Positions 49,955-58,120 of a DNA stretch of 64,000 bases are shown here, piece after piece (within the stretch, counting starts at the first letter, position 1; every line of letters begins with the position of its first letter). This stretch comes from a virus. Taxonomy: Duplodnaviria; Caudoviricetes. The stretch is taken from the IMG/VR virus record IMGVR_UViG_3300021400_000095. One strand, written 5' to 3'. Below the pieces are notes generated by a model. The model was given only the letters and a program-made list of their open reading frames with translations, made no database searches and had not been told where the DNA came from. The position numbers were made by a program, and so were the translations under genes.

Positions 49955-51148
49955 TTATTTTTTTATTTCTTTTTTATATCTTGCTATCTCTTTATTAGTA
50001 AGAGATTTAAATGGCTCAAAAAATCCTGAAAATTTATTTTCATCCAATAATTCTGTTAAATCATCTTCAACAATATATTGATATATGTTATTAAATGACC
50101 TTCCTTCAGGGTCTTGTACATTATACATGGTTGATTCTAGTTCTGCTTTTGCATAGTCACTGATGAGTGGATTTGATAAATCTATGATTTTTCTATTGAT
50201 TTCATAGAAATCACCATCATAATTCCCTTTTGTTACACCATTTACAATGTTTTCATGCCATTTTAATGGCTTTTTCTTTTGTGAAAGTCTTTCATCAACC
50301 TTTTCCTTAGCCCTTTGTCTAATTTCATTAATAGTAACAGGTCTTTTTTCAATTTCAGGTATTAGTTCATGTAATCTGTTCTGGCTGACACCTTCAATGT
50401 TCTTTATATTATCACTTGTATCACCACAAATAATTTTCTCAATCACAACATTTTCAACTGGAACACCTCTAATTTCTTGAATGTTATCCTTTGTTATAAA
50501 TTTCTTTATCATATGGTCATAAACACAAACAGTATCAGAAATTAATTGTGTAAGGTCATGGTCTGTTGACATTATGACAATTTTTTCTTCAGGTTTTTTA
50601 TTCTTTACATAATATGCAATATAGTCATCACCTTCAGTTGATTCCTCATCATCAAAAAACCATCTTATATATAATTCATTAAAATACTTTAAAAGCAAAT
50701 CCCTTTCCCTTGAAAAGTTTTCATCAATGAATTTTTGCAAATCTGATTTTTCCTTCTTTTTATTTTTTCCAAATAGATAATTTTGCATTGATTTTAACTT
50801 CTCTTCATATGCTTTCCCATATTCTGACAAATTTTCAAAATTCTCTATGAGTGAATAATTCTTATCCTCTCTATTTGCTTTATATCCATTATAAATCTTA
50901 TATCTTTTCAATCCAGAACAATGCCCATCAAAAAAAACATACACATAATCAAAACTTTTCTTCTGTAACATCATTCTAAGTTGCAAAAGAAATTGAAAAA
51001 CACCACCATAATGTTCACCTTTTGTATTAACTTTATCATCTTTCATTGAAAGTCTTAATAAATTATTGCCATCAACTAATAAAGTATAAATCTTGGTTTC
51101 TGTGATGTTATGTGCTTCCTTAACTATTTTCTTAATTGGTTGTGCCAT
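49955..51148 (-). CDS. 5'-3' exonuclease / flap endonuclease (T4 RNase H, PolI N-terminal-like)
   Basis: LLVDGNN, YKANR, EGDDYIA, STDHDLTQL, GDTSDNI..I.GV; ATG at 51148. Confidence 0.92.
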   Translation of the reverse strand: MAQPIKKIVKEAHNITETKIYTLLVDGNNLLRLSMKDDKVNTKGEHYGGVFQFLLQLRMMLQKKSFDYVYVFFDGHCSGLKRYKIYNGYKANREDKNYSLIENFENLSEYGKAYEEKLKSMQNYLFGKNKKKEKSDLQKFIDENFSRERDLLLKYFNELYIRWFFDDEESTEGDDYIAYYVKNKKPEEKIVIMSTDHDLTQLISDTVCVYDHMIKKFITKDNIQEIRGVPVENVVIEKIICGDTSDNIKNIEGVSQNRLHELIPEIEKRPVTINEIRQRAKEKVDERLSQKKKPLKWHENIVNGVTKGNYDGDFYEINRKIIDLSNPLISDYAKAELESTMYNVQDPEGRSFNNIYQYIVEDDLTELLDENKFSGFFEPFKSLTNKEIARYKKEIKK

Positions 51149-51163
51149 ATTCAATTATTTTTA

Positions 51164-51202
51164 CAAATATACAAAAATAATGGCTTTTTACCAACTATTT
51201 AT
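51164..51202. promoter_or_regulatory. divergent promoters: TATATTTG (minus, 51164-51171) and ACTATTTAT (plus, 51194-51202)
   Basis: Both recurrent motifs are present in a 70-bp intergenic gap. Confidence 0.55.
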
Positions 51203-51218
51203 TAAAAAATGTGTATTT

Positions 51219-51953
51219 ATGGAATTTTTATTTGGTACAGCAACACCTGACACAATAAAAGTGCAGAAAAAAAATTCAGACCAATATCTTTATAATGTAT
51301 CATGTGATTCACCAGAAGGTAAACCAAAACCATTTATTTATGGCTATGATACCAATGGTAATAAAAGGGTATGGCTTGGAAAAGCCTGTCAATACCATTA
51401 TGCATTATGCAATGAATATAAGGAAATGGTCACTCAACTTATTGATGGAAGACTTTGGGAGAATTTAAAAATTATGTCAATTTGGGACCTTAATAAAGGT
51501 TTTGTACAAAAAAATATTAAAGGTTGTTTAACTGATTTAGAACAAAGATACAAAATCAATTTGTCAGATTATTCACTACTATATAACACAAGTAAGGATG
51601 TTGTCAAAAAAATAAGCATTGATGAATTTCTTGGTAGAGAACATCAGTCTTCTGATGCTTCTGATACATCATATGAAAGAGAACTTCACTTAATGTCACC
51701 AACTCAAAAACAACAGGAACTACAAACCAATGATGAATATAAAAAAAGAAGAGAAGCCTATGCAAAAGCATCTCAAAATGCTTGGATTTCCAAACATGGT
51801 AACATTGACCCTGCTTATTATCACTTACTTATGTATCAGGAAGGAAAAAACAAAAAACTTACCATAACAGAATCTGATATTAAAAAAATGGTAAAAGAAT
51901 GTATAAGAAGAATTAAAAATAAAAAAAATGAGAATGAGTCAACTACACACTAA
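51219..51953 (+). CDS. hypothetical protein, possible internal head protein
   Basis: Start corrected to ATG at 51219 (MEFLFG); C-terminal ITESDIKKMVKECIRRI motif; late-type motif upstream. Confidence 0.7.
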   Translation: MEFLFGTATPDTIKVQKKNSDQYLYNVSCDSPEGKPKPFIYGYDTNGNKRVWLGKACQYHYALCNEYKEMVTQLIDGRLWENLKIMSIWDLNKGFVQKNIKGCLTDLEQRYKINLSDYSLLYNTSKDVVKKISIDEFLGREHQSSDASDTSYERELHLMSPTQKQQELQTNDEYKKRREAYAKASQNAWISKHGNIDPAYYHLLMYQEGKNKKLTITESDIKKMVKECIRRIKNKKNENESTTH

Positions 51954-51976
51954 ACTAAAGGTTTAGTATCTTCCTT
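51938..51976 (+). mobile_element. possible degenerate IS200/IS605-family end (hairpin remnant)
   Basis: GTCAACTAC followed by ACTAAAC-TAAAG-GTTTAGT hairpin and CTT; resembles the GTCAACTAC...CTAAAG...CTT ends of TnpB/IscB elements; no transposase nearby. Confidence 0.3.
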
Positions 51977-52026
51977 GATGATATTTGATTGTGAAATAGA
52001 AAATAAGAATTTTATTTATAAACAAT

Positions 52027-52055
52027 AAAGCCATAGATTTTTTATCTATGGCTTT
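52027..52055. terminator. bidirectional intrinsic terminator
   Basis: AAAGCCATAGAT-5-ATCTATGGCTTT between convergent genes. Confidence 0.85.
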
Positions 52056-52060
52056 TCTTA

Positions 52061-53128
52061 TTATTCAATGTCTTTTATCCAACCTGAATCAAAATTATCA
52101 CAATAAAAATTAATTGTTTTTCTAATTCCTTCTTCAAAAGTTACCTTTTGTTTCCATCCCATTGATTCAAGTTTTGAACAATCAATTGCATATCTTAAAT
52201 CATGTCCCTTTCTGTCTTCAACATATGTTATTAATGATTTATATTTTTTAATCCACATTGGTTCAGGGTTGACAATGTATTTTTTATTATCATTCAATTG
52301 TCTTTGATGTGCAAATATTTCAATAATAGTGTTTATCATGTCAATGTTGCTCATTTCATGATTTCCACCAACATTGTATGTTTCACCAGCAACACCATTA
52401 TGAAAAATAAAATCAATTGCACTACAATGGTCTTCAACATATAGCCAATCTCTAATATTTTCACCCTTTCCATAAACAGGAATTGGCTTTTCACCCATAA
52501 GATTAAATAAGACCACAGGTATTAATTTTTCAGGATACTGATATGGCCCATAATTATTTGAACAATTTGATATTGTAGTATTCATACCATATGTATCATG
52601 AAATGCTTTTACAAAATGGTCTGAACTTGCCTTACTTGCTGAATATGGTGAATGTGGGTCATATTTTGTATTTTCTGTAAACTTTTCTTTACTATCCAAT
52701 TCCAATGAACCATATACTTCATCAGTTGAAACATGATGGAATCTATGCCCCTTCAATGTACCAAACTTTTTTTCCCAATAATTCATTGCTATATTTAACA
52801 AACAATGTGTTCCATGAACATTTGTCCATTCAAATACATAAGGGTCAAGAATACTTCTATCAACATGACTTTCAGCAGCAAGATGAATAACATCTGTAAT
52901 CTCATATTTTTCAAAAGTTTCTTTTAACTTTTTATCATCACAAATATCACCCTTAATAAAAACATAGTTTTCTAAATTCTCAATATCTTTAAGATTATTT
53001 GGATTACCTGCATATGTCAATTTGTCATAATTCACAATCTTATATTCAGGATATTTTCTCAGTAAGTAATGAATTAAATTACTACCAATAAATCCACAAC
53101 CACCTGTTACTAAAATATTTTTCTTCAT
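52061..53128 (-). CDS. rfbB: dTDP-glucose 4,6-dehydratase
   Basis: VTGGCGFIGSN, DKLTYAGN, HLAAESHVDRSI, STDEVYG, PYSASKA, NCSNNYGPYQ.PEKLIP, GHDLRYA. Confidence 0.97.
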   Translation of the reverse strand: MKKNILVTGGCGFIGSNLIHYLLRKYPEYKIVNYDKLTYAGNPNNLKDIENLENYVFIKGDICDDKKLKETFEKYEITDVIHLAAESHVDRSILDPYVFEWTNVHGTHCLLNIAMNYWEKKFGTLKGHRFHHVSTDEVYGSLELDSKEKFTENTKYDPHSPYSASKASSDHFVKAFHDTYGMNTTISNCSNNYGPYQYPEKLIPVVLFNLMGEKPIPVYGKGENIRDWLYVEDHCSAIDFIFHNGVAGETYNVGGNHEMSNIDMINTIIEIFAHQRQLNDNKKYIVNPEPMWIKKYKSLITYVEDRKGHDLRYAIDCSKLESMGWKQKVTFEEGIRKTINFYCDNFDSGWIKDIE

Positions 53129-53147
53129 ATTAATTTATTTTTAAAAA

Positions 53148-53172
53148 AAAACCACTGATATACAGTGGTTTT
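53148..53172 (-). terminator. intrinsic terminator after recA
   Basis: AAAACCACTG-atata-CAGTGGTTTT with a long minus-strand U-tract. Confidence 0.8.
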
Positions 53173-53176
53173 ATTA

Positions 53177-54379
53177 TTACATTTCATCCTCTTCAGTTTC
53201 AGTAAAGACAATATCATCCTTTTCAGAAACAACTACATTTTCATTGTTGCTCTTGCTAATATTATTTAACTGCTTAAGAATATCAGCAACATGTTCTTTT
53301 CTATATGCATCAACTACATCTTTTTCAGTACTAATCATACCATGTGGTGTACAAATAATATCACCTTCATATGTCACTGTATAAGGATTTGGTAATTGAT
53401 TCTTCATGACCTTAATTTTGGTTTGAATTGCATAATTATAACTTAAACCCTTGGATTGTGCTGTCAATTTCTTAATTGATGATTTTAATTGCCCACCAAG
53501 AAGAATAATTAACCTTGATGCATAGAATATTGAATTTCCACCCTTTAACTGAATGCTTGGAGGTCCAACAGGATTTGTCATTGAATCAAGCCATACTTTA
53601 TTAACTAAAATCATTGTATTTGAATATGGTGATGACACTTTTCTTGACCTTGGAATTCTATCATTAACAATCCCATTAAAGGCAACACTAATTGCAGCAG
53701 CATCCCACATTGCATTGGATGATTTTGAATTATAACTCTTAAAACTTGAAATACTTCCAACAGAATCCCATAAGAAAACAAAACCAGCATCAACTTCACC
53801 ATTATCTTGTGCATCAAGTAACTCATTTATTGAATATGCAATGTCTTCAATAACTGCAATTTTTCTTCCCTTTGCAGTTTCCTTACCTGTTGAATAGTCA
53901 TTTTTCCCATATCTTTCAGCAAGAAGAGCATTATTGAAGTAAATGAAATTACCATCATAAGCCACAATACCATTTTCTTTTACAATTTCAACTTCACCAG
54001 TTTCTTCATTAACTTTTTCAACATCAATATCACCATATATTGGTGTTGCTTCCATTCCCATGTCAATTGCATATTTAAAATCAAAATTGTTTTCTGTATC
54101 ATAAATAACAGGAATATAACCTTGTCTTTGTGCAGCAACAATTGCATGATTTATTAATGTTGATTTTCCTGTATTTGAATGACCAATAATTGTTGTAACA
54201 TATGAAATTGGAATACCAGGAAGTCTTAGACTTTCCTTATATGCATCAGGCATTTCAAGCCATTCCATTGGCTTATCTGCATTACTTGATTCCTTAGTTG
54301 CAACAAGACCCATCTTTGCCTTAAATTCAGATATTGTTGGCTTTTTCTTTATCTCTTTCTTTTTTAATGGTTGTGCCAT
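53177..54379 (-). CDS. recA: RecA/UvsX-like recombinase
   Basis: Walker A GHSNTGKS, YDTE, Walker B FLWDSVG, KGG.SI.YAS, KN. Confidence 0.85.
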   Translation of the reverse strand: MAQPLKKKEIKKKPTISEFKAKMGLVATKESSNADKPMEWLEMPDAYKESLRLPGIPISYVTTIIGHSNTGKSTLINHAIVAAQRQGYIPVIYDTENNFDFKYAIDMGMEATPIYGDIDVEKVNEETGEVEIVKENGIVAYDGNFIYFNNALLAERYGKNDYSTGKETAKGRKIAVIEDIAYSINELLDAQDNGEVDAGFVFLWDSVGSISSFKSYNSKSSNAMWDAAAISVAFNGIVNDRIPRSRKVSSPYSNTMILVNKVWLDSMTNPVGPPSIQLKGGNSIFYASRLIILLGGQLKSSIKKLTAQSKGLSYNYAIQTKIKVMKNQLPNPYTVTYEGDIICTPHGMISTEKDVVDAYRKEHVADILKQLNNISKSNNENVVVSEKDDIVFTETEEDEM

Positions 54380-55178
54380 ATTATTAAAAATTTTATTTTA
54401 TTTATTTAAATATTCTTGTTCAATTTCACACACAATTTCAATTGCAGATGGTGGAATATTATCATATGTGTATATACAATCAAAAGCATTTGGGTCATAT
54501 GAAAAATTTACATCCTTAATTTCTTCTGTGTCAATTGCTAATAATATATATGTCCCATTATATGGCATTATCTTTTTATTTTTTGCTTCCTCAGCATGAA
54601 ACTGTTGCATCAAACATAAACAATCATCCATATATGGTTCATGAAGGAAAAAATAAACTCTATCAGGATATTTAAATTTTTTATTATCTGTTCTTGGTGT
54701 AAGACCATTTTTTAAAATCTTATCCACTTTAGAGGTTTTAGTTAAATGATATATATATTCTTCATCTTGAACCAATTCATTAATCTTATTTTGATGTCTT
54801 GGTTCATAAAAAATATATAACATTTTTCCATCATTAGTTACATTTTTAGTTGATGGAAAATACCCACACAATGCCATGTCTTTATCAACAACACTTTCAT
54901 TTTCTTTGTCATTATAAATGCCAATTCTAAAAACATTAACTTCATTATCATTTTCAAAACAATCAATATATGCATATTTACCATATCTTTTCTTAAGATA
55001 TTTTTCAACCTTATCAACAGGATATGTTGCATAATATCCTTCCATTAATGGATTGCTTTTTAATTCATCAGGTAATGAAAATGGGTTAGTTAATGATTCA
55101 TTTAAATGAAAAATCACACTATTAACCATTTTTTCAATGTCATTTTCTGTTAGCTTGATTTTTAATGGTTGTGCCATA
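54361..55178. repeat. 20-bp direct repeat TATGGCACAACCATTAAAAA (minus strand) at 54361-54380 and 55159-55178
   Basis: Exact match read from the sequence; brackets the 54398..55177 gene. Confidence 0.9.
54398..55177 (-). CDS. ADP-ribosyltransferase-fold protein (Tpt1/KptA/DarT-like C-terminal domain)
   Basis: YIYHLT....DKILKNGLTP...RVYFF...LLAID...NIPPSAI; N-terminal LTENDIEKMV motif. Confidence 0.65.
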   Translation of the reverse strand: MAQPLKIKLTENDIEKMVNSVIFHLNESLTNPFSLPDELKSNPLMEGYYATYPVDKVEKYLKKRYGKYAYIDCFENDNEVNVFRIGIYNDKENESVVDKDMALCGYFPSTKNVTNDGKMLYIFYEPRHQNKINELVQDEEYIYHLTKTSKVDKILKNGLTPRTDNKKFKYPDRVYFFLHEPYMDDCLCLMQQFHAEEAKNKKIMPYNGTYILLAIDTEEIKDVNFSYDPNAFDCIYTYDNIPPSAIEIVCEIEQEYLNK

Positions 55179-55197
55179 ATAAAATTATTTTTTTCTA

Positions 55198-55806
55198 TTA
55201 TTCATCATCATTATTTTTAGCATAAAATTTATTACCTGTTTTTTCAAAATAACATTTTCTGCACAAAGCAACATATCTATCATCACCACCAACTTCAATT
55301 TGATTTCCATCAGTTACAATTTCCTTATTGGCATTGATTCTTGCATTAAACATTGTGTTATTACCACAATAACATATTGATGGTAATTCTTGAATTTCAT
55401 CAGAAATCTCAATCAATCTTTTTGAACCAGGAAATAACTTGGTTTTGAAATCTGTTTTTAATCCATAACAAATAATATTAATTTTTAATATATCTGATAT
55501 TGCAGCCAGTTCATCAACTTGTTTTTCAGTTAAAAATTGTGCCTCATCAACCAAAATATATTTTAATTTACTATTTGAAATTTGTAAATATTTTGAAATT
55601 AAATAAAATATGTTATCATCAACTGAAATCATTACACATTCTCTCTTACCAAGTGCTCTTGAATAGACAACATTTTCACCATCCCTATCATCAATTTTGC
55701 TTTTTAATGTTAAAAATGGTATTTTATGTTCTTGAAAACTATATGCTGTTGCTAAAAGATGTAGTGATTTACCAGAACTCATTGTTCCATAAATAAACTT
55801 CAACAT
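55198..55806 (-). CDS. tdk: thymidine kinase
   Basis: GTMSSGKS, VDEAQF, CYGLKTDF, F.GS, Zn-binding C.C...CRKC; ATG at 55806. Confidence 0.96.
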   Translation of the reverse strand: MLKFIYGTMSSGKSLHLLATAYSFQEHKIPFLTLKSKIDDRDGENVVYSRALGKRECVMISVDDNIFYLISKYLQISNSKLKYILVDEAQFLTEKQVDELAAISDILKINIICYGLKTDFKTKLFPGSKRLIEISDEIQELPSICYCGNNTMFNARINANKEIVTDGNQIEVGGDDRYVALCRKCYFEKTGNKFYAKNNDDE

Positions 55807-55824
55807 ATAAAAAACAATTTTTAT

Positions 55825-55853
55825 ATGCAGTGCCATATTATATGACACTGCAT
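55825..55853 (-). terminator. hairpin between SSB and tdk
   Basis: ATGCAGTG.CATA-tta-TATG.CACTGCAT. Confidence 0.6.
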
Positions 55854-55860
55854 TTATTAT

Positions 55861-56865
55861 TTAGAATGGAAGTTCTTCTTCATTATCTTCAAGAACAATT
55901 GTTTTCTTCAATTCTTCTACCTTCTTATTTACTGGCTTTTCTTGAACTGAATCTTCTTTAAGTTTCCTATCAGCATCTTCAACTTTCTTTTCATTGTCTA
56001 TCTGCTCATTCTTCTTTCTAGCATCAAACTCAGCCTTGTCTATCCACTTATTGTTTTCCTTATCCCACCAAGGATATTTTTTCTGTGCAACAAGTGTCAA
56101 ATAATCATAATCCTTTGGTGTGAAAACATCTTGCCATTTCTTTTTATCATAAATCCATTCTCTCATGGTTTCTTCTGATGTAGAAAGTGGAGTAATCTCA
56201 TCATCACAATCAATTCTTGGTGCTGAATTACCAGGTCTAATTGTTACAATCAAATCTCTACCATGAAAAATATCAAATATATTTTCATCAGGTTCACCCT
56301 TCTCTCTTGACTTCTGCAACTTCTTATTAAAGAGTTTCATAATTTCATTATAAGGGTCTGACTTGTCTTGTCTTAAATTAAATTTCCAAAACTTCACACC
56401 ATCTTCTTCATGACCTCTTTCAATACATCTGACAATTACTGATTCATAACTCTTATTTGCAATTGAAATTTCAACAAAATTCTTTTTCTTAAGAGGGTCT
56501 TTTTCATCCTTTGCTAACTCATATGCTTTCTTGTTTAATTCACAAAACGGACAATCTGAACCAAAAGTATCATGGTCAATATCAGTGTTCTTCTTTAAAC
56601 AAAGATATGACTTCCACTCTGTTCCAAAAATTTCCTTTGGTACTTTTACATTGTGAAAATGAGTTAAGACAAATGGATTTCCTGTTTCCAAATCCATTGG
56701 AAGAAGTCTGATTGTAAGTTCTTTTTCTGTTTCTCCTTCTGCAAGTCTTGTGTTAAGATAATTTTTTGTGCTGAATACACTTTGTGTTTTTGCTTTTCCC
56801 TGATTAATACCAATTCCAGTTACAGATTCAGGGGTAATGTTTGGTAAATTAACTAAGTTACCCAT
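55861..56865 (-). CDS. single-stranded DNA-binding protein (T4 gp32-like)
   Basis: IRLLP, H...C...CPFC Zn site, VKFWKF, FD...GRDL, acidic tail ending EEELPF. Confidence 0.8.
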   Translation of the reverse strand: MGNLVNLPNITPESVTGIGINQGKAKTQSVFSTKNYLNTRLAEGETEKELTIRLLPMDLETGNPFVLTHFHNVKVPKEIFGTEWKSYLCLKKNTDIDHDTFGSDCPFCELNKKAYELAKDEKDPLKKKNFVEISIANKSYESVIVRCIERGHEEDGVKFWKFNLRQDKSDPYNEIMKLFNKKLQKSREKGEPDENIFDIFHGRDLIVTIRPGNSAPRIDCDDEITPLSTSEETMREWIYDKKKWQDVFTPKDYDYLTLVAQKKYPWWDKENNKWIDKAEFDARKKNEQIDNEKKVEDADRKLKEDSVQEKPVNKKVEELKKTIVLEDNEEELPF

Positions 56866-56954
56866 TTTAATACTAAAAAAATTTTATATAAATTATTATT
56901 AAATTATTTTAAGTTTACAACATTTTATAGTTATAAACAATATATTACTTTTTA

Positions 56955-56986
56955 CAAATATACAAAAATTAAAAAATAAAAGCAAA
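56955..56986 (-). promoter_or_regulatory. Bacteroidota sigma70 promoter TTTG-N20-TATATTTG
   Basis: Exact consensus on the minus strand. Confidence 0.7.
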
Positions 56987-57019
56987 TGGGTTATGGGTAA
57001 ATTAATACTCATAACCCAT
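56986..57019 (-). terminator. hairpin terminator after scaffold-like gene
   Basis: ATGGGTTATG.GTA...TAC.CATAACCCAT. Confidence 0.7.
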
Positions 57020-57024
57020 AAGAT

Positions 57025-57804
57025 TTAAAAACCAAACATATCATTTAATGTATAGTCATCCAATGACCTGTAAGCAGAAGCATAATCATTAAAATTATCA
57101 ATTTCATCTTTTGTTATCTGATAAACTCTATCATTTGCTCCATTTTCATCATCTTCAGTACTATAATTAGATGTTGCTTCCTTATCCTTCCAATAATCTT
57201 CTGGTGATACATTGAATGGATATGCATCTTTTGACCTCAATGAAAGTTTCTCAACAGGTGTTGGATTCCTTTTTTCAATCTCAGCCCTTAAAGTTTCCAT
57301 CCTTTCATTACTTGCATCAATCCTGTTTTCAAAATCATCAATCTTTGTTAATAATTTATCAAATTTTGATGTTAAATCATCAATCTTGTCCTTAGCCTCT
57401 TCTTGTGAATCAACTAATTCATCAACATCAATAACTTCTTCATCCTCTTCAGGTGCTGCTGCCATACTTTGGTCACCACCCATGGTAGGGTCTGCTCCTT
57501 GTGGTGCAAAACCTTCAGGTCCTGCTACCATATTAGGGTCACCACCCATCATACTTGGGTCTTCACCACCCATATTAGGGTCTGCTCCCATATTTTGGTC
57601 AGGTCCTGCTGCCATACTTGGGTCACCACCCATCATATTTTGGTCTTCACCACCCATATTAGGGTCAGGTGCTGCTGTATTTTGGTCATCTTCACCATCC
57701 TCACTAAGAGTGTTTGCACCACCTGCATATGTATATTCAAGTATTTGTTGAAATCTATTTACAGACTCCAACAAACCATGTTCCTCTAAATATTTTCTGT
57801 CCAT
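57025..57804 (-). CDS. acidic, low-complexity coiled-coil protein, likely prohead scaffold/core
   Basis: ATG at 57804; LLE/ILE/LSE sites, MGGDP repeats, heptad segment. Confidence 0.65.
   Translation of the reverse strand: MDRKYLEEHGLLESVNRFQQILEYTYAGGANTLSEDGEDDQNTAAPDPNMGGEDQNMMGGDPSMAAGPDQNMGADPNMGGEDPSMMGGDPNMVAGPEGFAPQGADPTMGGDQSMAAAPEEDEEVIDVDELVDSQEEAKDKIDDLTSKFDKLLTKIDDFENRIDASNERMETLRAEIEKRNPTPVEKLSLRSKDAYPFNVSPEDYWKDKEATSNYSTEDDENGANDRVYQITKDEIDNFNDYASAYRSLDDYTLNDMFGF
57455..57680 (-). repeat. tandem M-G-G-(E)-D-[PQ]-[NS]-M peptide repeats
   Basis: ~8 imperfect copies; DNA units such as catacttgggtcaccacc and catattagggtc. Confidence 0.9.
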
Positions 57805-57805
57805 A

Positions 57806-58075
57806 TTAGTCAATAAGTACTTGTCTATTATCTTCAGTAAGAACAACCTTTTCAGTCTCTGCTCTTTCAATCAAACCTTTTTCTTTTTTAATGACCTTAA
57901 CTTTTGGTGCATTCATATCTTTAACCAGATTTTCTGCTCTCTCAATTTCATTAATTGTCATATCTTCTCCTTTTTTTGGTTTATTATTATTTGCAATAAC
58001 AACATCTTCAGCAACAGTCTTTACTGGTGCTATATCATACCTTTTAATTCTTTTAACTATTTGTTTTATTGCCAT
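57806..58075 (-). CDS. hypothetical protein
   Basis: 89 aa ORF directly behind the ACTATTTATA motif. Confidence 0.7.
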   Translation of the reverse strand: MAIKQIVKRIKRYDIAPVKTVAEDVVIANNNKPKKGEDMTINEIERAENLVKDMNAPKVKVIKKEKGLIERAETEKVVLTEDNRQVLID

Positions 58076-58092
58076 GTTTATACTATTTTTTA

Positions 58093-58102
58093 TATAAATA
58101 GT
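58093..58102 (-). promoter_or_regulatory. putative phage late promoter ACTATTTATA
   Basis: Exact motif. Confidence 0.6.
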
Positions 58103-58120
58103 TTGTTTTTATTAAAAAAA

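Noticed and set aside
57455-57680. Short repeats resembling a CRISPR array
   Set aside because: Imperfect, in-frame coding repeats with no unique spacers and no cas genes.
35393-57870. ORF-track start sites for several genes (36298, 40883, 43617, 51093, 55848, 57870)
   Set aside because: These extensions overlap neighbours or terminators; downstream ATGs match the family N-termini and promoter positions.
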